Below, piece by piece: positions 28,171 to 39,957 of a stretch of 64,000 nt of DNA; the first letter of the stretch is position 1, and each line of letters begins with the position of its first letter. The DNA is taken from NCBI GenBank assembly GCA_027593235.1, contig JAQCIU010000002.1:32001-96000 (forward strand). Direction: 5' to 3'. Source of the DNA: Chloroflexota bacterium (GTDB lineage: Bacteria > Chloroflexota > Dehalococcoidia > UBA2979). The translations under genes and the position numbers were made by a program. A model generated the notes under the pieces. It ran no database searches and had not been told where the DNA came from. It saw only the letters and a program-made list of their open reading frames with translations.

Positions 28171-29081
28171 CCACCCCCGTGCCGATCCCACCCTCCGAGG
28201 ATCTGCGCGCCGCGCTTCGCTCCTTCGCCGAACGCACCCTCGGCCGCATCGTCATGCTCGAGGACCGCTCCCGGACCTTCGGCCGCCTCTCCCTCGTTTG
28301 GCACATCGAGGCCGCCGACGGCCATCACTACTACCTGAAACGCCACGAGGATCGCCGCCTCTACGACCGCGAACTTCGCGCCCTCACCGACTGGCTCCCG
28401 CGCCTCCCCGAGGGCGCGCGTCAGATGACCGTCCCCCTCGTCGCCACCGCCGACGACCTCGACGCGATGCTCTTCGCCGCCGCCCCCGGCGAGATCGTCG
28501 AGGACGCCGCCCTCACCACCGAGGAGCGCCACGCCGCCTACCAGCTCGCCGGCGCCTTCGCTGCCGCCCTGCACGCGCTTCCCTGCGAGGGCTGCGGCCC
28601 TGCCGAGGACTACGGCGCCAACCTGCGGTCGACCATCCGCCCGTGGCTCGCCGACCCGGCCGCCGCCTTCACCGCCGAGGAACAGCGCTGGGCCACGGAC
28701 ACCATCCGCGCGGACGGCGCCCTCGACGCCGTCCGACTCGTCCCCGCCCACATGGACTACTCACCGCGGAACTGGCTGATCCACCGCGCGGACGGCGCGC
28801 TCTGGCTCTACGTGATCGACTGGGAGCGCGCCCGCCCCGCCCCCTGGACCGAGGACGTGCAGCGCATGGCCGAGGATCACTGGCACGCCGATCCCGTCGC
28901 CCGCGAGGCGTTCTTCCTCGGCTACGGCCGCCAGCCCTCGGACATCGAGGAACGCCAGATCCGCGCCCTCGCCGTCGCCAACAACGCCATCGGCGCCATC
29001 GCCTAGGGCGGCCAACGTGGCGACACCGCCTTCGTCGCCAAAGGCCGCGCCATCCTCGATCGGCTCCGCGCCGAGGGCTGA
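28167..29081 (+). pseudogene. aminoglycoside phosphotransferase/choline kinase family protein with a premature TAG near the C-terminus
   Basis: HMDYSPRNW, VIDWERA; TAG at 29004-29006 is followed in frame by GGQRGDTAFVAKGRAILDRLRAEG-stop. Confidence 0.75.
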
Positions 29082-29112
29082 CAAACCGCCGAAGATGTCG
29101 GTCGCGCGGCCA

Positions 29113-29514
29113 CTAACCCGCGAGGAAGCTCAGCTTCACACGCCGTCGCGGATTGTCCGGATTGAGGTCTACCAGCACCACCCGCTGCCACTGGCCCAGC
29201 GCCGGAACCCCCTGCACCACCGGGATCGTCACCGAGGGCGACACGATCGCCGGCAGCAGGTGATCCGCCCCGTGCCCGGCCGTTCCGTGCCGGTGCGTGT
29301 ACGCGCGGCTCCGCGGTAGCAGCTCGTTCAGTAGTTCCGTGAGGTCCTGCTCCGACCCCGACCCGGTCTCGATCAACGCCACCCCGGCGGTCGCGTGCGG
29401 GACGAACACGCTCAGCAGCCCGTGCGCCTGGCCACGGCAGAACCCGCGAATCTGATCCGTCAGATCCACCGTCTGCCGCCGCGCCGTGTCGATGTGCAGG
29501 TCGAGCGAATGCAC
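29113..29514 (-). CDS. yjbQ: YjbQ (UPF0047) family protein
   Basis: FVPHATAG, YTHRHG..GHGADH, LGQWQ. Confidence 0.9.
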   Translation of the reverse strand: MHSLDLHIDTARRQTVDLTDQIRGFCRGQAHGLLSVFVPHATAGVALIETGSGSEQDLTELLNELLPRSRAYTHRHGTAGHGADHLLPAIVSPSVTIPVVQGVPALGQWQRVVLVDLNPDNPRRRVKLSFLAG

Positions 29515-29532
29515 CGCCGTCGCGCGCCCGCG

Positions 29533-30870
29533 CTACGCGGGCGCGGCCTCGAGGATCGCCCCGTACGGCGCGATCTCCTCCGCGATCGCGCGGCGGTCGC
29601 CCACGATCGCGATCGTCATCTCGTCCGGTCGCAGGTGTTCCACCGCGATCCGTTGCACGTCCGCCGTCGTCAGCGCCAGCACGCGCTCCGCGTACGCCGC
29701 CGCCCAGCCCTCGTCGAGCCCGTGCAGGTCGAGGAACGCAAGTTGCTCGAGGACCCCACCCGGCGTCGCATGTCGCAGGACATAACTACCGGCGACGTAG
29801 TTCTGGATGTCCGCGAGCTCCTGCTCGCCCGCCGGTTCCGCTCGCAGCAGCTCGATCTCCTTGAAGATCTCGTGCAGCGACGCCCCGGTCACGTTTGTCG
29901 TCACGTCCGCCTGTTCCACCCAGAAGGCGTCGCTCGGGTGCGCCACCATCTGGCTCCGAGGTGAGTACGTGTACCCCTTGTTCTCGCGGATGTTGAGCGT
30001 GATCCGCGAGTAGAACGATCCCCCGAGGAGGGAGTTGGTGACCGACAGCGCGACATAATCGTCTGCGCTCGGCGGTGGTACCGGGAGCCCGATCTGGAGC
30101 GTCGACTGCTCCGCGCCCGGCCGATCCACCAGGTAGATCGCCCGCTCGCTCCGCGGCTGCGGCACTTCCGAGGACCGACCGCTCGCGTTGCTCCAGCCGT
30201 CGAAGGCGCCGTCGGCCGCGGCCAGCACCGCCGCGCTGTCGAACAGCCCTGCCACGTAGAGCCGGCTCGCACTCGCGCCGGCATGCGCCTCGTAGGTCGC
30301 GCGTACCGCCTCGGTCGTGAAGCCCGCGATCTGCTCCGGGCTCGCCAGCAGCCGCCCGTACGCGTGGTCGCCGTACACCGCGCGTCGGAACGCGCTCGCC
30401 GCCAGCGTCCCCGGCTGCGACTTCGCCAGCTCCAGCCGCCGACCGAGGTCCGCGCGCAGCCGTGCCAGCTCTGATTCCGGGAAGCGCGGCTCCCGCGCCA
30501 CCGTCGCTAGCAGTCGCACCGCATCCGGCGCGAACTCCGAAAGCACCGAGGTGCTCAGCGTCGTCGTGTCTTCGTCGACGCTGACGTCCAGCCGCCCGCC
30601 CATCTGCGCGACCGCGTCCGCCAGCCCAGCCGTGTCCAGCTCGCCGGCGCCCTGCGTCAGGTAATCGCCAATCAGGCGCGTCAGCCACGTCTCGTCGCTG
30701 CGCTCCGTGCCCGTGCCGAAGCCGAGTACCAGCCGCAGGTACGCCTTCGGGATCGACCCCGAGGCCGCCAGCGCCACTGAGACGCCGCTCGCCAGCACCG
30801 TCCGTTCCACCGCCGGGAGGCTGAACGGCGCAAGCCCGCCGATCTGCGGCGCGTCCGGTGAGGACGTCAT
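29533..30870 (-). CDS. M16 peptidase, non-catalytic subunit
   Basis: LGGSFYSRITLNIRENKGYTY; lacks HxxEH. Confidence 0.9.
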   Translation of the reverse strand: MTSSPDAPQIGGLAPFSLPAVERTVLASGVSVALAASGSIPKAYLRLVLGFGTGTERSDETWLTRLIGDYLTQGAGELDTAGLADAVAQMGGRLDVSVDEDTTTLSTSVLSEFAPDAVRLLATVAREPRFPESELARLRADLGRRLELAKSQPGTLAASAFRRAVYGDHAYGRLLASPEQIAGFTTEAVRATYEAHAGASASRLYVAGLFDSAAVLAAADGAFDGWSNASGRSSEVPQPRSERAIYLVDRPGAEQSTLQIGLPVPPPSADDYVALSVTNSLLGGSFYSRITLNIRENKGYTYSPRSQMVAHPSDAFWVEQADVTTNVTGASLHEIFKEIELLRAEPAGEQELADIQNYVAGSYVLRHATPGGVLEQLAFLDLHGLDEGWAAAYAERVLALTTADVQRIAVEHLRPDEMTIAIVGDRRAIAEEIAPYGAILEAAPA

Positions 30871-32225
30871 GACTGCACCTCCTCGGCGCCCGCGCCGTCT
30901 TCCGAGGCGTTCGGCGCTCCCGCCGTCGGGTTGACGGAGAGCACCGCGCGTCCGTCCGGCCGCAGGTAATCGCGAGCCACCGCGTGCACCAGCTCCGGCG
31001 TCACCGCCGCGAACCGCGCGTCCACCTCATTGATCGCCGCCGCGTCCCCGTCGATCAGTGCGAACGAAGCCAGCAGATCCGCGCGCCCGAACCCCGGGTA
31101 CGCCGTGCTCGTCAGCGAGTCGTAGAACGCCGATCGCGCCTTGACCACCGCGCGATCGAACACCGCCGGCGACGGTGGCGCTGCACGGAACGGCTCAACC
31201 GCAGCGTCGAACGCCTCCAGGATCGCGTCGGTATCGAAGGCCGGGTCGTGGATCGCCGAAGCCGTCCACAACAGCGGCGTCTGCGCGTTGTACATGTTGC
31301 CCAGGAAATTCATCCCGCCGTCCACGTCGCCGGTCATCCCGCGCTTGTTCACCAGCTCGTGGTGCAGCGCGCTGTCATCGCCCTGCAGCAACATCTGATC
31401 CAGCAGCCCCATCGCGAAATACTCCGGCGTGCCGTGCTCCGGCACCTGGTAGGACACCGCCACCGCTGGCTGGCTGGCCAGCGGATCGTCCTTCGTAAAA
31501 CGCCGCTCCGCCGTCCACGCCGGCTCGGTCACGTCCGCCGGCTCCGGTCGCGGCTGCGCCGGGATGCCCTCGAAGTAGCGGCGGCTCATCGCCAGCGCCG
31601 CCGTCGGCTCGAAGTCGCCGACGACCACCAGCACCGCGTTCGCCGGTGAGTAGTAGCTATCGAAGAACTCGCGCGCGTCGTCCAGCGTCGCCGCGTCCAG
31701 ATCCACCATGTCGCCGTAACCGTTGTGGGAGTTGTGCCAGTTCGCGTACGCTTGCTCCGCCATGTCGATCCACGGGAAGCCACCGTAGGGCTGGTTCAGA
31801 ACGTTCACGCGGATCTCGTTCTTCACCACGTCGCGCTGGTTGTTCAGCTCCGCGTCCGTGATCTTCGGACCGCGCATCCGGTCCGCTTCCATCCACAGCA
31901 CCAGCTCCAGCGTGTGCTTGGGCAACGCCTCGAAGTAGTTCGTGAAGTCGTACCGGGTCGAACCGTTCAGCGCGCCGCCGTTCTGCTGCACCCGCTGCAC
32001 CAGCTCCATCTTTCCCAGGTGCTCTGACCCCTGGAACATCAGGTGCTCGAACAGGTGCGCGAAGCCGGTCCGGCCGCGCGGCTCCAACCGCATCCCCACG
32101 TGGTAGTACACCGCCACCAGCACCACCGGCGCGCTCGTGTCCCGTGACAGCACCACCCGCAGCCCGTTCGCCAGCGTGTGTTGCTCCACCGGGATGTCCA
32201 GCTGGAACGCGGTCGCTGCGGTCAT
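30867..32225 (-). CDS. M16 peptidase, catalytic subunit
   Basis: LANGLRV, GFAHLFEHLMFQGS (HxxEH), EADRM, VVKNE; start at 32225 or 32249. Confidence 0.93.
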   Translation of the reverse strand: MTAATAFQLDIPVEQHTLANGLRVVLSRDTSAPVVLVAVYYHVGMRLEPRGRTGFAHLFEHLMFQGSEHLGKMELVQRVQQNGGALNGSTRYDFTNYFEALPKHTLELVLWMEADRMRGPKITDAELNNQRDVVKNEIRVNVLNQPYGGFPWIDMAEQAYANWHNSHNGYGDMVDLDAATLDDAREFFDSYYSPANAVLVVVGDFEPTAALAMSRRYFEGIPAQPRPEPADVTEPAWTAERRFTKDDPLASQPAVAVSYQVPEHGTPEYFAMGLLDQMLLQGDDSALHHELVNKRGMTGDVDGGMNFLGNMYNAQTPLLWTASAIHDPAFDTDAILEAFDAAVEPFRAAPPSPAVFDRAVVKARSAFYDSLTSTAYPGFGRADLLASFALIDGDAAAINEVDARFAAVTPELVHAVARDYLRPDGRAVLSVNPTAGAPNASEDGAGAEEVQS

Positions 32226-32290
32226 CGGCACATCCTCATCTTCGGGCAATTCGCGTACTCGTTCGGCCGGTGCTGGCGGACACCCCGCCG

Positions 32291-34114
32291 TTACTCAATC
32301 GAGATCAGTTGCTCGCGTGCTTCCGCCACCGGCTCCGCGGGACCGAACAACAGCATTCGGTCGCCACGCTCCAACGCGGAGTTGGCGTGCGGGACCAGCT
32401 CTTCGCCATTCCGCTGAATCAGCACTACCAGTACTCGCTGTGGAAGCGCCAGATCGCGGACCCGCCGGCCGTGCAGACCGCTGCCTACCGGGACGCTCAC
32501 CGTCGTTCGTTCACCACTGCCCGGTGCCAGTGCCTGGGTCAACAACGGCGCGCCAATCAGGTCCAGCAGCGCCTGTGCCTGGGCTTCGTAGGAACTCACC
32601 GTCTGGATACCCGCGGCGCGGAACGTCTCCGCCGCGCCTGTCTGGCTGACCCGGGCGTAAATCTCCGCCTCCGGGTTCGCCGTCCGCAGGTACTGACAGA
32701 AGAGCAGGTTCACCTGGTCACTGTCGGTCGCGCCAACCGCGATCTTCATCTCGCTCGCGCCAAGCCGCTCCAGCGTCCGCACGTCGGTCGCGTCGCCCTC
32801 GGCGACCTCCAGGCCGTCGGCGCGCGCGCGGGCGATCGCCTCCTGGTCCTGATCGATCAGCGTGACCTGATAGCCGTCGTTTGCCAGCTTGCTGCCAACG
32901 CGGCGTGAGACCGCGCCGGCGCCGGCGATGATCGCACGCATCGCTTTGACCCCCAGGAGATCCGCCATTGGACCCGCGTATGTCGACTGTACTGCCACCG
33001 TCATGAACACGGTCAGGAACACCAGCGCCGCCAGCACGTCCCCCGATTGCTCCGGACCCAGCGCGTCCCCCGCAAAGGCCGCCAGCGCCGCCGCCACCAC
33101 CCCCCGAGGTCCAATCAGCCCGATATAAGTCCGCTCGCGCCAGTTCAGATCCGATCGGAACGCCGATACCCACACCGCGACCGGCCGCACCACCACCATC
33201 AGCCCGATGATCACCAGGAAGCCCTTTGGCCACAGCCCCCGCACCACCTCCAGATCCACGGTCGCCACTGCCAGGATGTAGATCGCTCCGACCAGCAGCT
33301 TCGACAGATCGTCCTCGAAGGCACGTACCTCCTCGGCGTGTGGGATCGGGCGTGCTGCCAGCGCAACGCCCATCACTGCCATCGCCGCTAGCCCGGAATC
33401 GTGCAGCAACTCCTCGGAGAGCGCGTACACCGCCACACTTATCCCCAGCAGCAGCAGCGTCGCCTCCGCCGGTGCCGGTGCGCGGTTCACGCGCAGCACC
33501 ACTCGCACCACCAGCGCGCCAACCAGCCCCAGGATCGCGCCGCCCAGCAGCCGCGTCGGCACGAACAGGAACGGTTCGGCCTCGAAACCTGACAGCACGA
33601 TGTCCAGTGTCACGATCGAGAACACCGCGCCCAGCGGATCGATCAGCACACCCTCGCCCAGCAGCACTGCGCGCACGTGATCGTTCAACCGCACCTGCCG
33701 CACCAGCGGCGAGATCACCGTCGGTCCCGTCACCGTCACCAGCGCGCCAAACAGGAACGCGACTCGCCACGGCAACACGTCCAGCAAGCCGGCCAGCAGC
33801 GCCGCCAGCCCGAACGTGATCAGCAAACCGACGGTCAGCAGGTTTCGCACCACCGATCCCACGCGCCGCAGATACGGCACGTCGATCGAGAACGCACCCT
33901 CGAACACGATGATCGCGACCAGCACCTCCAGCGTCACCGGGAAAATCTCGCCAAGCTCCTCCGGATCCACCAGGTGCAGGACCGATGGGCCGGCGATCGC
34001 CCCGATCACCAGGAAGAGCAGGATCGGAGGGAGCCGTACCCGCCGCGCGACCATCGTGGTCACCGACACGGCGAATCCGATCACGCCCAGCGCCGAGAGC
34101 GCCGCTGTTTCCAT
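32291..34114 (-). CDS. CPA1 cation:proton antiporter with TrkA-N/TrkA-C (RCK) domains
   Basis: VTGPTVI, EGVLIDP, GPRGVVAAA, then IAGAGAVS Rossmann fold and an RCK-C; GAGGAGG RBS. Confidence 0.92.
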   Translation of the reverse strand: METAALSALGVIGFAVSVTTMVARRVRLPPILLFLVIGAIAGPSVLHLVDPEELGEIFPVTLEVLVAIIVFEGAFSIDVPYLRRVGSVVRNLLTVGLLITFGLAALLAGLLDVLPWRVAFLFGALVTVTGPTVISPLVRQVRLNDHVRAVLLGEGVLIDPLGAVFSIVTLDIVLSGFEAEPFLFVPTRLLGGAILGLVGALVVRVVLRVNRAPAPAEATLLLLGISVAVYALSEELLHDSGLAAMAVMGVALAARPIPHAEEVRAFEDDLSKLLVGAIYILAVATVDLEVVRGLWPKGFLVIIGLMVVVRPVAVWVSAFRSDLNWRERTYIGLIGPRGVVAAALAAFAGDALGPEQSGDVLAALVFLTVFMTVAVQSTYAGPMADLLGVKAMRAIIAGAGAVSRRVGSKLANDGYQVTLIDQDQEAIARARADGLEVAEGDATDVRTLERLGASEMKIAVGATDSDQVNLLFCQYLRTANPEAEIYARVSQTGAAETFRAAGIQTVSSYEAQAQALLDLIGAPLLTQALAPGSGERTTVSVPVGSGLHGRRVRDLALPQRVLVVLIQRNGEELVPHANSALERGDRMLLFGPAEPVAEAREQLISIE

Positions 34115-34278
34115 CGTCCTCCTCGTGGAGAAGACGGCGTCGGGCCGTCGTCGCTCCGCCTCCATGCGCCGTCGCGAGGTTGGATTCCAGCCTACTGGAG
34201 GGGATCGGCGGAGTCCTGCGACATCGCACCGGAGGGCCTCGCGGGTCGGTTCGTCGGGACCCGGTCTCCGCTGCGGGG

Positions 34279-35553
34279 CTAGCCGCCGCTGGTGTACGCG
34301 CCAAACGTCACCGCGAACAGCGAGAAGTTGCTGGATGTCGATCGCAGTCGCAGCTCCCGATCGCCTAGCATCGGCAGTTCCACCACCCGGTAGACCCGTG
34401 GGTCGTCCACCAGCACAACACTCCGACCCTGTTCGTCGAACGTCACGTCCGCCCCGGCCTCCTCCGGCAGCAGCGGCCACCCGTCGATCTCCACGATCAC
34501 CGTGTACGGCTCCTTGGTTGCGGAGCGCAGCACCACGTTCACGCTCCGCGCGACGAATCGCAGCGCGACATAATCGTCGGGCTGCGCGGTGTCGCGCCCG
34601 TGCACCACCGCTTCACGCTCGTTGCGCCAGACCCCCTGCAGGTAGAACTGGTTGTGGTTCCGCTGCGTTTCCGGTTCCACGTCCTGGTATTCGAACGTCC
34701 GGTCCGGAGCCTCGTAATAGGCCGCCTGCGCGGCGTAGCGCCCATTCGAGGTGAAGTTGCGTTCGTACCCGCCGTACAGCTCGCGGGTGATGGCCGTCGC
34801 GTGCGGATCTAGACGCTGGGCATCCACCCCGCCGCGCGGGATGTCGGAGACGTTGTAACCCGCGTCGGTCAGTGCCCGCCGGATCTCGTCCTCGGTTTCG
34901 TCGTAGCTCCCCTCACCGAAGTGCTGGTAGCGCACCGATCCATCGACGCCGATCAGGTACTTCGCCGGCCAGAACGAATTATTGAACGCTCGCCACGTCG
35001 CCATCTCGTTGTCCTGGGCTACCGCGTACCGCAGGCCGTATTGGTCAACCGCGTTCACCACGTTGGGGCGGTACTCCTCGAAGTCGAACTCCGGCGAGTG
35101 CACCCCCACGATCGTGAGGCCACGGTCCGCGTACTTCTCGTGCCAGTCCGTGAGGAATGGCAGTGTCCGGATGCAGTTGATGCAGGTGTACGTCCAGAAA
35201 TCGACGAGCACGACCCGCCGTTCCGCGGTCAGCCCGGCGACGGTCAGCTCGTTCGAATTGATCCAGCCGGTGAGCCCGACGAATTCCGGCGCCTTCGAGG
35301 GAATCACCAACCCCGCGCCCAGCGGCGACGGTTCCGGGGTTCGCTCGATTGGACCCGCCGAGGCGATCCCGCTGTTCGCCGCGACGCTCGTTCCGCTTCC
35401 CGCGCCCGCCGCGCTGCCCGCGGCGCGATCCGCGCTGCCACACGCGCTCACCAGCACGCCCAGCAGCACGCCCAGCAGCACGAGCAGCGGCGTCACCCGG
35501 CTGATATGCAAGAAGTTCCCCGGTCCGTGGTGGAGCACCATCGAGCCTATCAT
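34279..35553 (-). CDS. DipZ-like thioredoxin-domain lipoprotein
   Basis: Lipobox LVSAC, DFWTYTCINC, GVHSPEF, HFGEGSY, C-terminal DipZ-type domain; start uncertain. Confidence 0.85.
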   Translation of the reverse strand: MIGSMVLHHGPGNFLHISRVTPLLVLLGVLLGVLVSACGSADRAAGSAAGAGSGTSVAANSGIASAGPIERTPEPSPLGAGLVIPSKAPEFVGLTGWINSNELTVAGLTAERRVVLVDFWTYTCINCIRTLPFLTDWHEKYADRGLTIVGVHSPEFDFEEYRPNVVNAVDQYGLRYAVAQDNEMATWRAFNNSFWPAKYLIGVDGSVRYQHFGEGSYDETEDEIRRALTDAGYNVSDIPRGGVDAQRLDPHATAITRELYGGYERNFTSNGRYAAQAAYYEAPDRTFEYQDVEPETQRNHNQFYLQGVWRNEREAVVHGRDTAQPDDYVALRFVARSVNVVLRSATKEPYTVIVEIDGWPLLPEEAGADVTFDEQGRSVVLVDDPRVYRVVELPMLGDRELRLRSTSSNFSLFAVTFGAYTSGG

Positions 35554-35678
35554 CGGTCGATCGCCGCCGCTCGTGCGACCCTGCTCCATTCGCGCCGCGC
35601 CGCCCCCGACCCACCCCGATAACATTCGTTGCCGCCCGCGCTGGCCGTCGCTACCGTGACGCCCCAGATCGGAACCCC

Positions 35679-36995
35679 ATGACCGCCAGCGCGCCCGCTC
35701 CGCCAGACCTTCCCCCCGATCCCACCTCTGATCGCCCCGGTCGTCGTCGGGCGGGCGGTTCCCGCCGGCTCCCGCTTCCGTCCTTCACCGCCATGCGGTT
35801 CCGCGATTTCCGTTTCTACTGGGTCAGCACCGCCACGCTCTTCATCGACCAGGGCATGGCCAACGTCGCGCTCGGTTGGCTCATGCTCGATCTCACCGAC
35901 TCCCCGGCCTGGGTCGCCATCGCCGTCGCCGTCCGCGGGCTCCCGCTGTTCTTCCTCACCATGCCCGCCGGTCTGCTCGCCGATCGCTGGGATCGACGGC
36001 GACTGCTCGTCATCACCCAGCTCGTCGCCGCCGCATCCGCGATCGCCTTCGCGCTGCTCGTCGCCTTCGGCACCGTCACCCCGACGCTGGCGCTCGTCTA
36101 TGCCGTCATCCTCGGCAGCAGTACCGCGATCGGTCTGCCGACCCGACAGGCGATCATTCCCATGCTCGTGCCCCGTGAGCACCTGCTCAACGCCGTCGTC
36201 ACCGGCGCGATGGCGCGCACCAGTTCGCAGCTCATCGGCCCCGGCCTCGCCGGCGCGCTGATCGGACTCTGGGGCGTCGAGGCCTCGTTCGTCGTCCAGG
36301 CGGTCTTCCTCGTGATCAGCACGCTCACCCTGCTGCCACTCAGCCCGCACTCGACCAGCGTCGTCGCTCAGCCCGGTCGCGCCGCCTTCTCGATCCTCGG
36401 CGATCTGAGCGAGGCCTGGCGGTTCCTCCGCTCCAACATGCCGTTGCTCGTCATCATCGGCCTGATGGTCAACACCGGGCTCTTCATGATCGGACCCAAT
36501 CAGGCCCTCGTCCCGGTGATCGTCAAAGAGGAGCTCGGCGGCAGCGCCCAGGCCCTCGGCCTGATGTTCATGGCGATGGCGGCCGGCACGCTCACCACCT
36601 CGCTCTTTCTCACCTCACTCGGCGACATGCGGAACAAGGGCGGGTTCTTCGCCATGGCGCTGATCGGCGGCAGCATCTGCTTCGCCGGCATCGCCCTCTC
36701 GCCCGCGCTCTGGATCGCAATGCTGTTCTTCTATTCGTGGGGCGCGTTCGGCGGCTTCTTCGTGTCGATGAGCCAGTCGTTGCTGCAATCACACACCCCT
36801 CAGGACGTGATGGGGCGGGTCATGTCCGTCAACGCGCTGGCCTCGCAGGGCACCATGCCGCTCGGCGCGCTGATTGCCGGCCTGCTCGCCAGCCTCTTCG
36901 ACGTCCGCACCGCCGTGCTCGTCCCCGCCTTCCTCTGCGCCGCGATCGCGACATCCGCACTTCTCTTCATTCCCCGTTTCCGCAGGCTCAGTTAG
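35679..36995 (+). CDS. MFS transporter (MFS_3/DHA3-like)
   Basis: FRDFRFYW, GLLADRWDRRR, MGRVMSV; about 12 TM segments. Confidence 0.92.
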   Translation: MTASAPAPPDLPPDPTSDRPGRRRAGGSRRLPLPSFTAMRFRDFRFYWVSTATLFIDQGMANVALGWLMLDLTDSPAWVAIAVAVRGLPLFFLTMPAGLLADRWDRRRLLVITQLVAAASAIAFALLVAFGTVTPTLALVYAVILGSSTAIGLPTRQAIIPMLVPREHLLNAVVTGAMARTSSQLIGPGLAGALIGLWGVEASFVVQAVFLVISTLTLLPLSPHSTSVVAQPGRAAFSILGDLSEAWRFLRSNMPLLVIIGLMVNTGLFMIGPNQALVPVIVKEELGGSAQALGLMFMAMAAGTLTTSLFLTSLGDMRNKGGFFAMALIGGSICFAGIALSPALWIAMLFFYSWGAFGGFFVSMSQSLLQSHTPQDVMGRVMSVNALASQGTMPLGALIAGLLASLFDVRTAVLVPAFLCAAIATSALLFIPRFRRLS

Positions 36996-37007
36996 CCTCG
37001 TCTCTCG

Positions 37008-38600
<1,593 letters not shown>

Positions 38601-38746
38601 CGCCCCCCTCCGCCACCCCGCGCTCCGCTCCGGCGCGCCTCCGCTCCCCGTCATACCCACGCCGGATCGCCGCCCGTGCGCGGAATCGGATCGACAGCCC
38701 GCGCGCCTTGGTTCGGCACCGCCCGGCGGCCCGCACGGTCGTCCCC

Positions 38747-38752
38747 TATAAT
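38747..38752 (+). promoter_or_regulatory. consensus -10 element (TATAAT) 6 nt before the ATG; leaderless promoter
   Basis: TATAAT-CCCCGC-ATG with no Shine-Dalgarno sequence. Confidence 0.7.
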
Positions 38753-38758
38753 CCCCGC

Positions 38759-39934
38759 ATGGACTTCCGCTTCACCCCCCAGCAAGAAGCCTTCCGCGTG
38801 GAAGTGCGCGCCTTCCTCGACGAAACCCTCACCGAGGCGTTCTGGTCCCACCAGCGCGCCAATCGCCACCCCGGCTGGTCACCCGAGTTCAGCCGCGCCG
38901 CCGCCGATCGAGGTTGGCTCGGCATCGCCTGGCCCGTTGAGTTCGGTGGCCAGGCCCGCGGCAAGATCGACCAGATGATCTACATGGAGGAAATGGCCTA
39001 CGCCGGTGCCCCCCAGGAACACCACCGCCGCGCCGTCCAGCAGGTCGGCCCCTCGCTGATCCTCCACGGCTCCGAGGCGCAGAAGCAGCGCTACCTCCCC
39101 GGCGTCGCCTCCGGCGAAATCTCCTTCGCGATGGGTCTCTCCGAACCAAACGCCGGATCCGATCTCGCCAACGTCGAAACCCAGGCCCTCCGCGACGGCG
39201 ACGAATGGATCCTCAACGGCGAAAAGGTCTTCACCAGCGGCGCCCACTACTCCGACTACCTCTGGACCGTCGTCCGCACCGACCCCGAAGCCCCCAAACA
39301 TCGAGGCATCTCGATGCTCGTCGTCCCCCTGACCGCCCCCGGCGTGCAGATCCAGCCGCTCATCGACCTCCAGGACCGCCACCACTTCAACCGCATCTTC
39401 CTCGAGGACGTCCACGTCCCCGCCGAAAACCTGATCGGCGAAGAGAACCGCGGCTGGTACATCAACGCCACCACCATGGACTTCGAGCGCTCCGGCATCG
39501 CGAGGATCGCCACCCTCGATCAGCTCTTCGATCGCCTCGCCAGCTCGCTCCGCGCCACCCCCGCCGCCGCCCGCCAGCTCCCGAGGTACCAGGCCGCCCG
39601 CCGTCGTCTCGCCGATCTCCTCCTCCCCGTGCGCGCTTCCCGCTACCTCGCCTACCGTGTCGTCTCCATGCAGAACGCCGGCCTGCTCCCCAACTACGAG
39701 GTCTCCATCGTCAAACTCCTCGCCAGCGAAACCAGCCAGGCGCTCCACAACCTCGGCGTCAACGCGCACGGCCTCCACGGCCTCCTCGCCTCCACCGAGG
39801 TCGAGTCCGCCCGCCGTGGCGGCGGCTGGGGCCCCGACTACCTCGCCGCCATTCCCGACACCATCGCCCAGGGCTCCTCCGAGGTGCAGCGCAACGTCAT
39901 CGCCACCCGCGGCCTCGGCCTCCCCCGTGGCTAA
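38759..39934 (+). CDS. acyl-CoA dehydrogenase family protein
   Basis: MDFRFTPQQEAFR, SEPNAGSDLA, NGEKVFTS, KHRGIS, GSSEVQRNVIA.RGLGLPR. Confidence 0.94.
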   Translation: MDFRFTPQQEAFRVEVRAFLDETLTEAFWSHQRANRHPGWSPEFSRAAADRGWLGIAWPVEFGGQARGKIDQMIYMEEMAYAGAPQEHHRRAVQQVGPSLILHGSEAQKQRYLPGVASGEISFAMGLSEPNAGSDLANVETQALRDGDEWILNGEKVFTSGAHYSDYLWTVVRTDPEAPKHRGISMLVVPLTAPGVQIQPLIDLQDRHHFNRIFLEDVHVPAENLIGEENRGWYINATTMDFERSGIARIATLDQLFDRLASSLRATPAAARQLPRYQAARRRLADLLLPVRASRYLAYRVVSMQNAGLLPNYEVSIVKLLASETSQALHNLGVNAHGLHGLLASTEVESARRGGGWGPDYLAAIPDTIAQGSSEVQRNVIATRGLGLPRG

Positions 39935-39957
39935 CCCACCGCGCCGCTCGGTGCCCC

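Noticed and set aside
29004-29006. Pyrrolysine or stop-codon reassignment as an explanation for the in-frame stops
   Set aside because: TAG and TAA end many intact genes in this window, the two internal stops are different codons, and no pyl genes are present.
35452-35482. 12-nt repeat CAGCACGCCCAG in the DipZ-like gene as a phase-variation tract
   Set aside because: The unit is a multiple of three and simply encodes LLGV repeats in the signal peptide.
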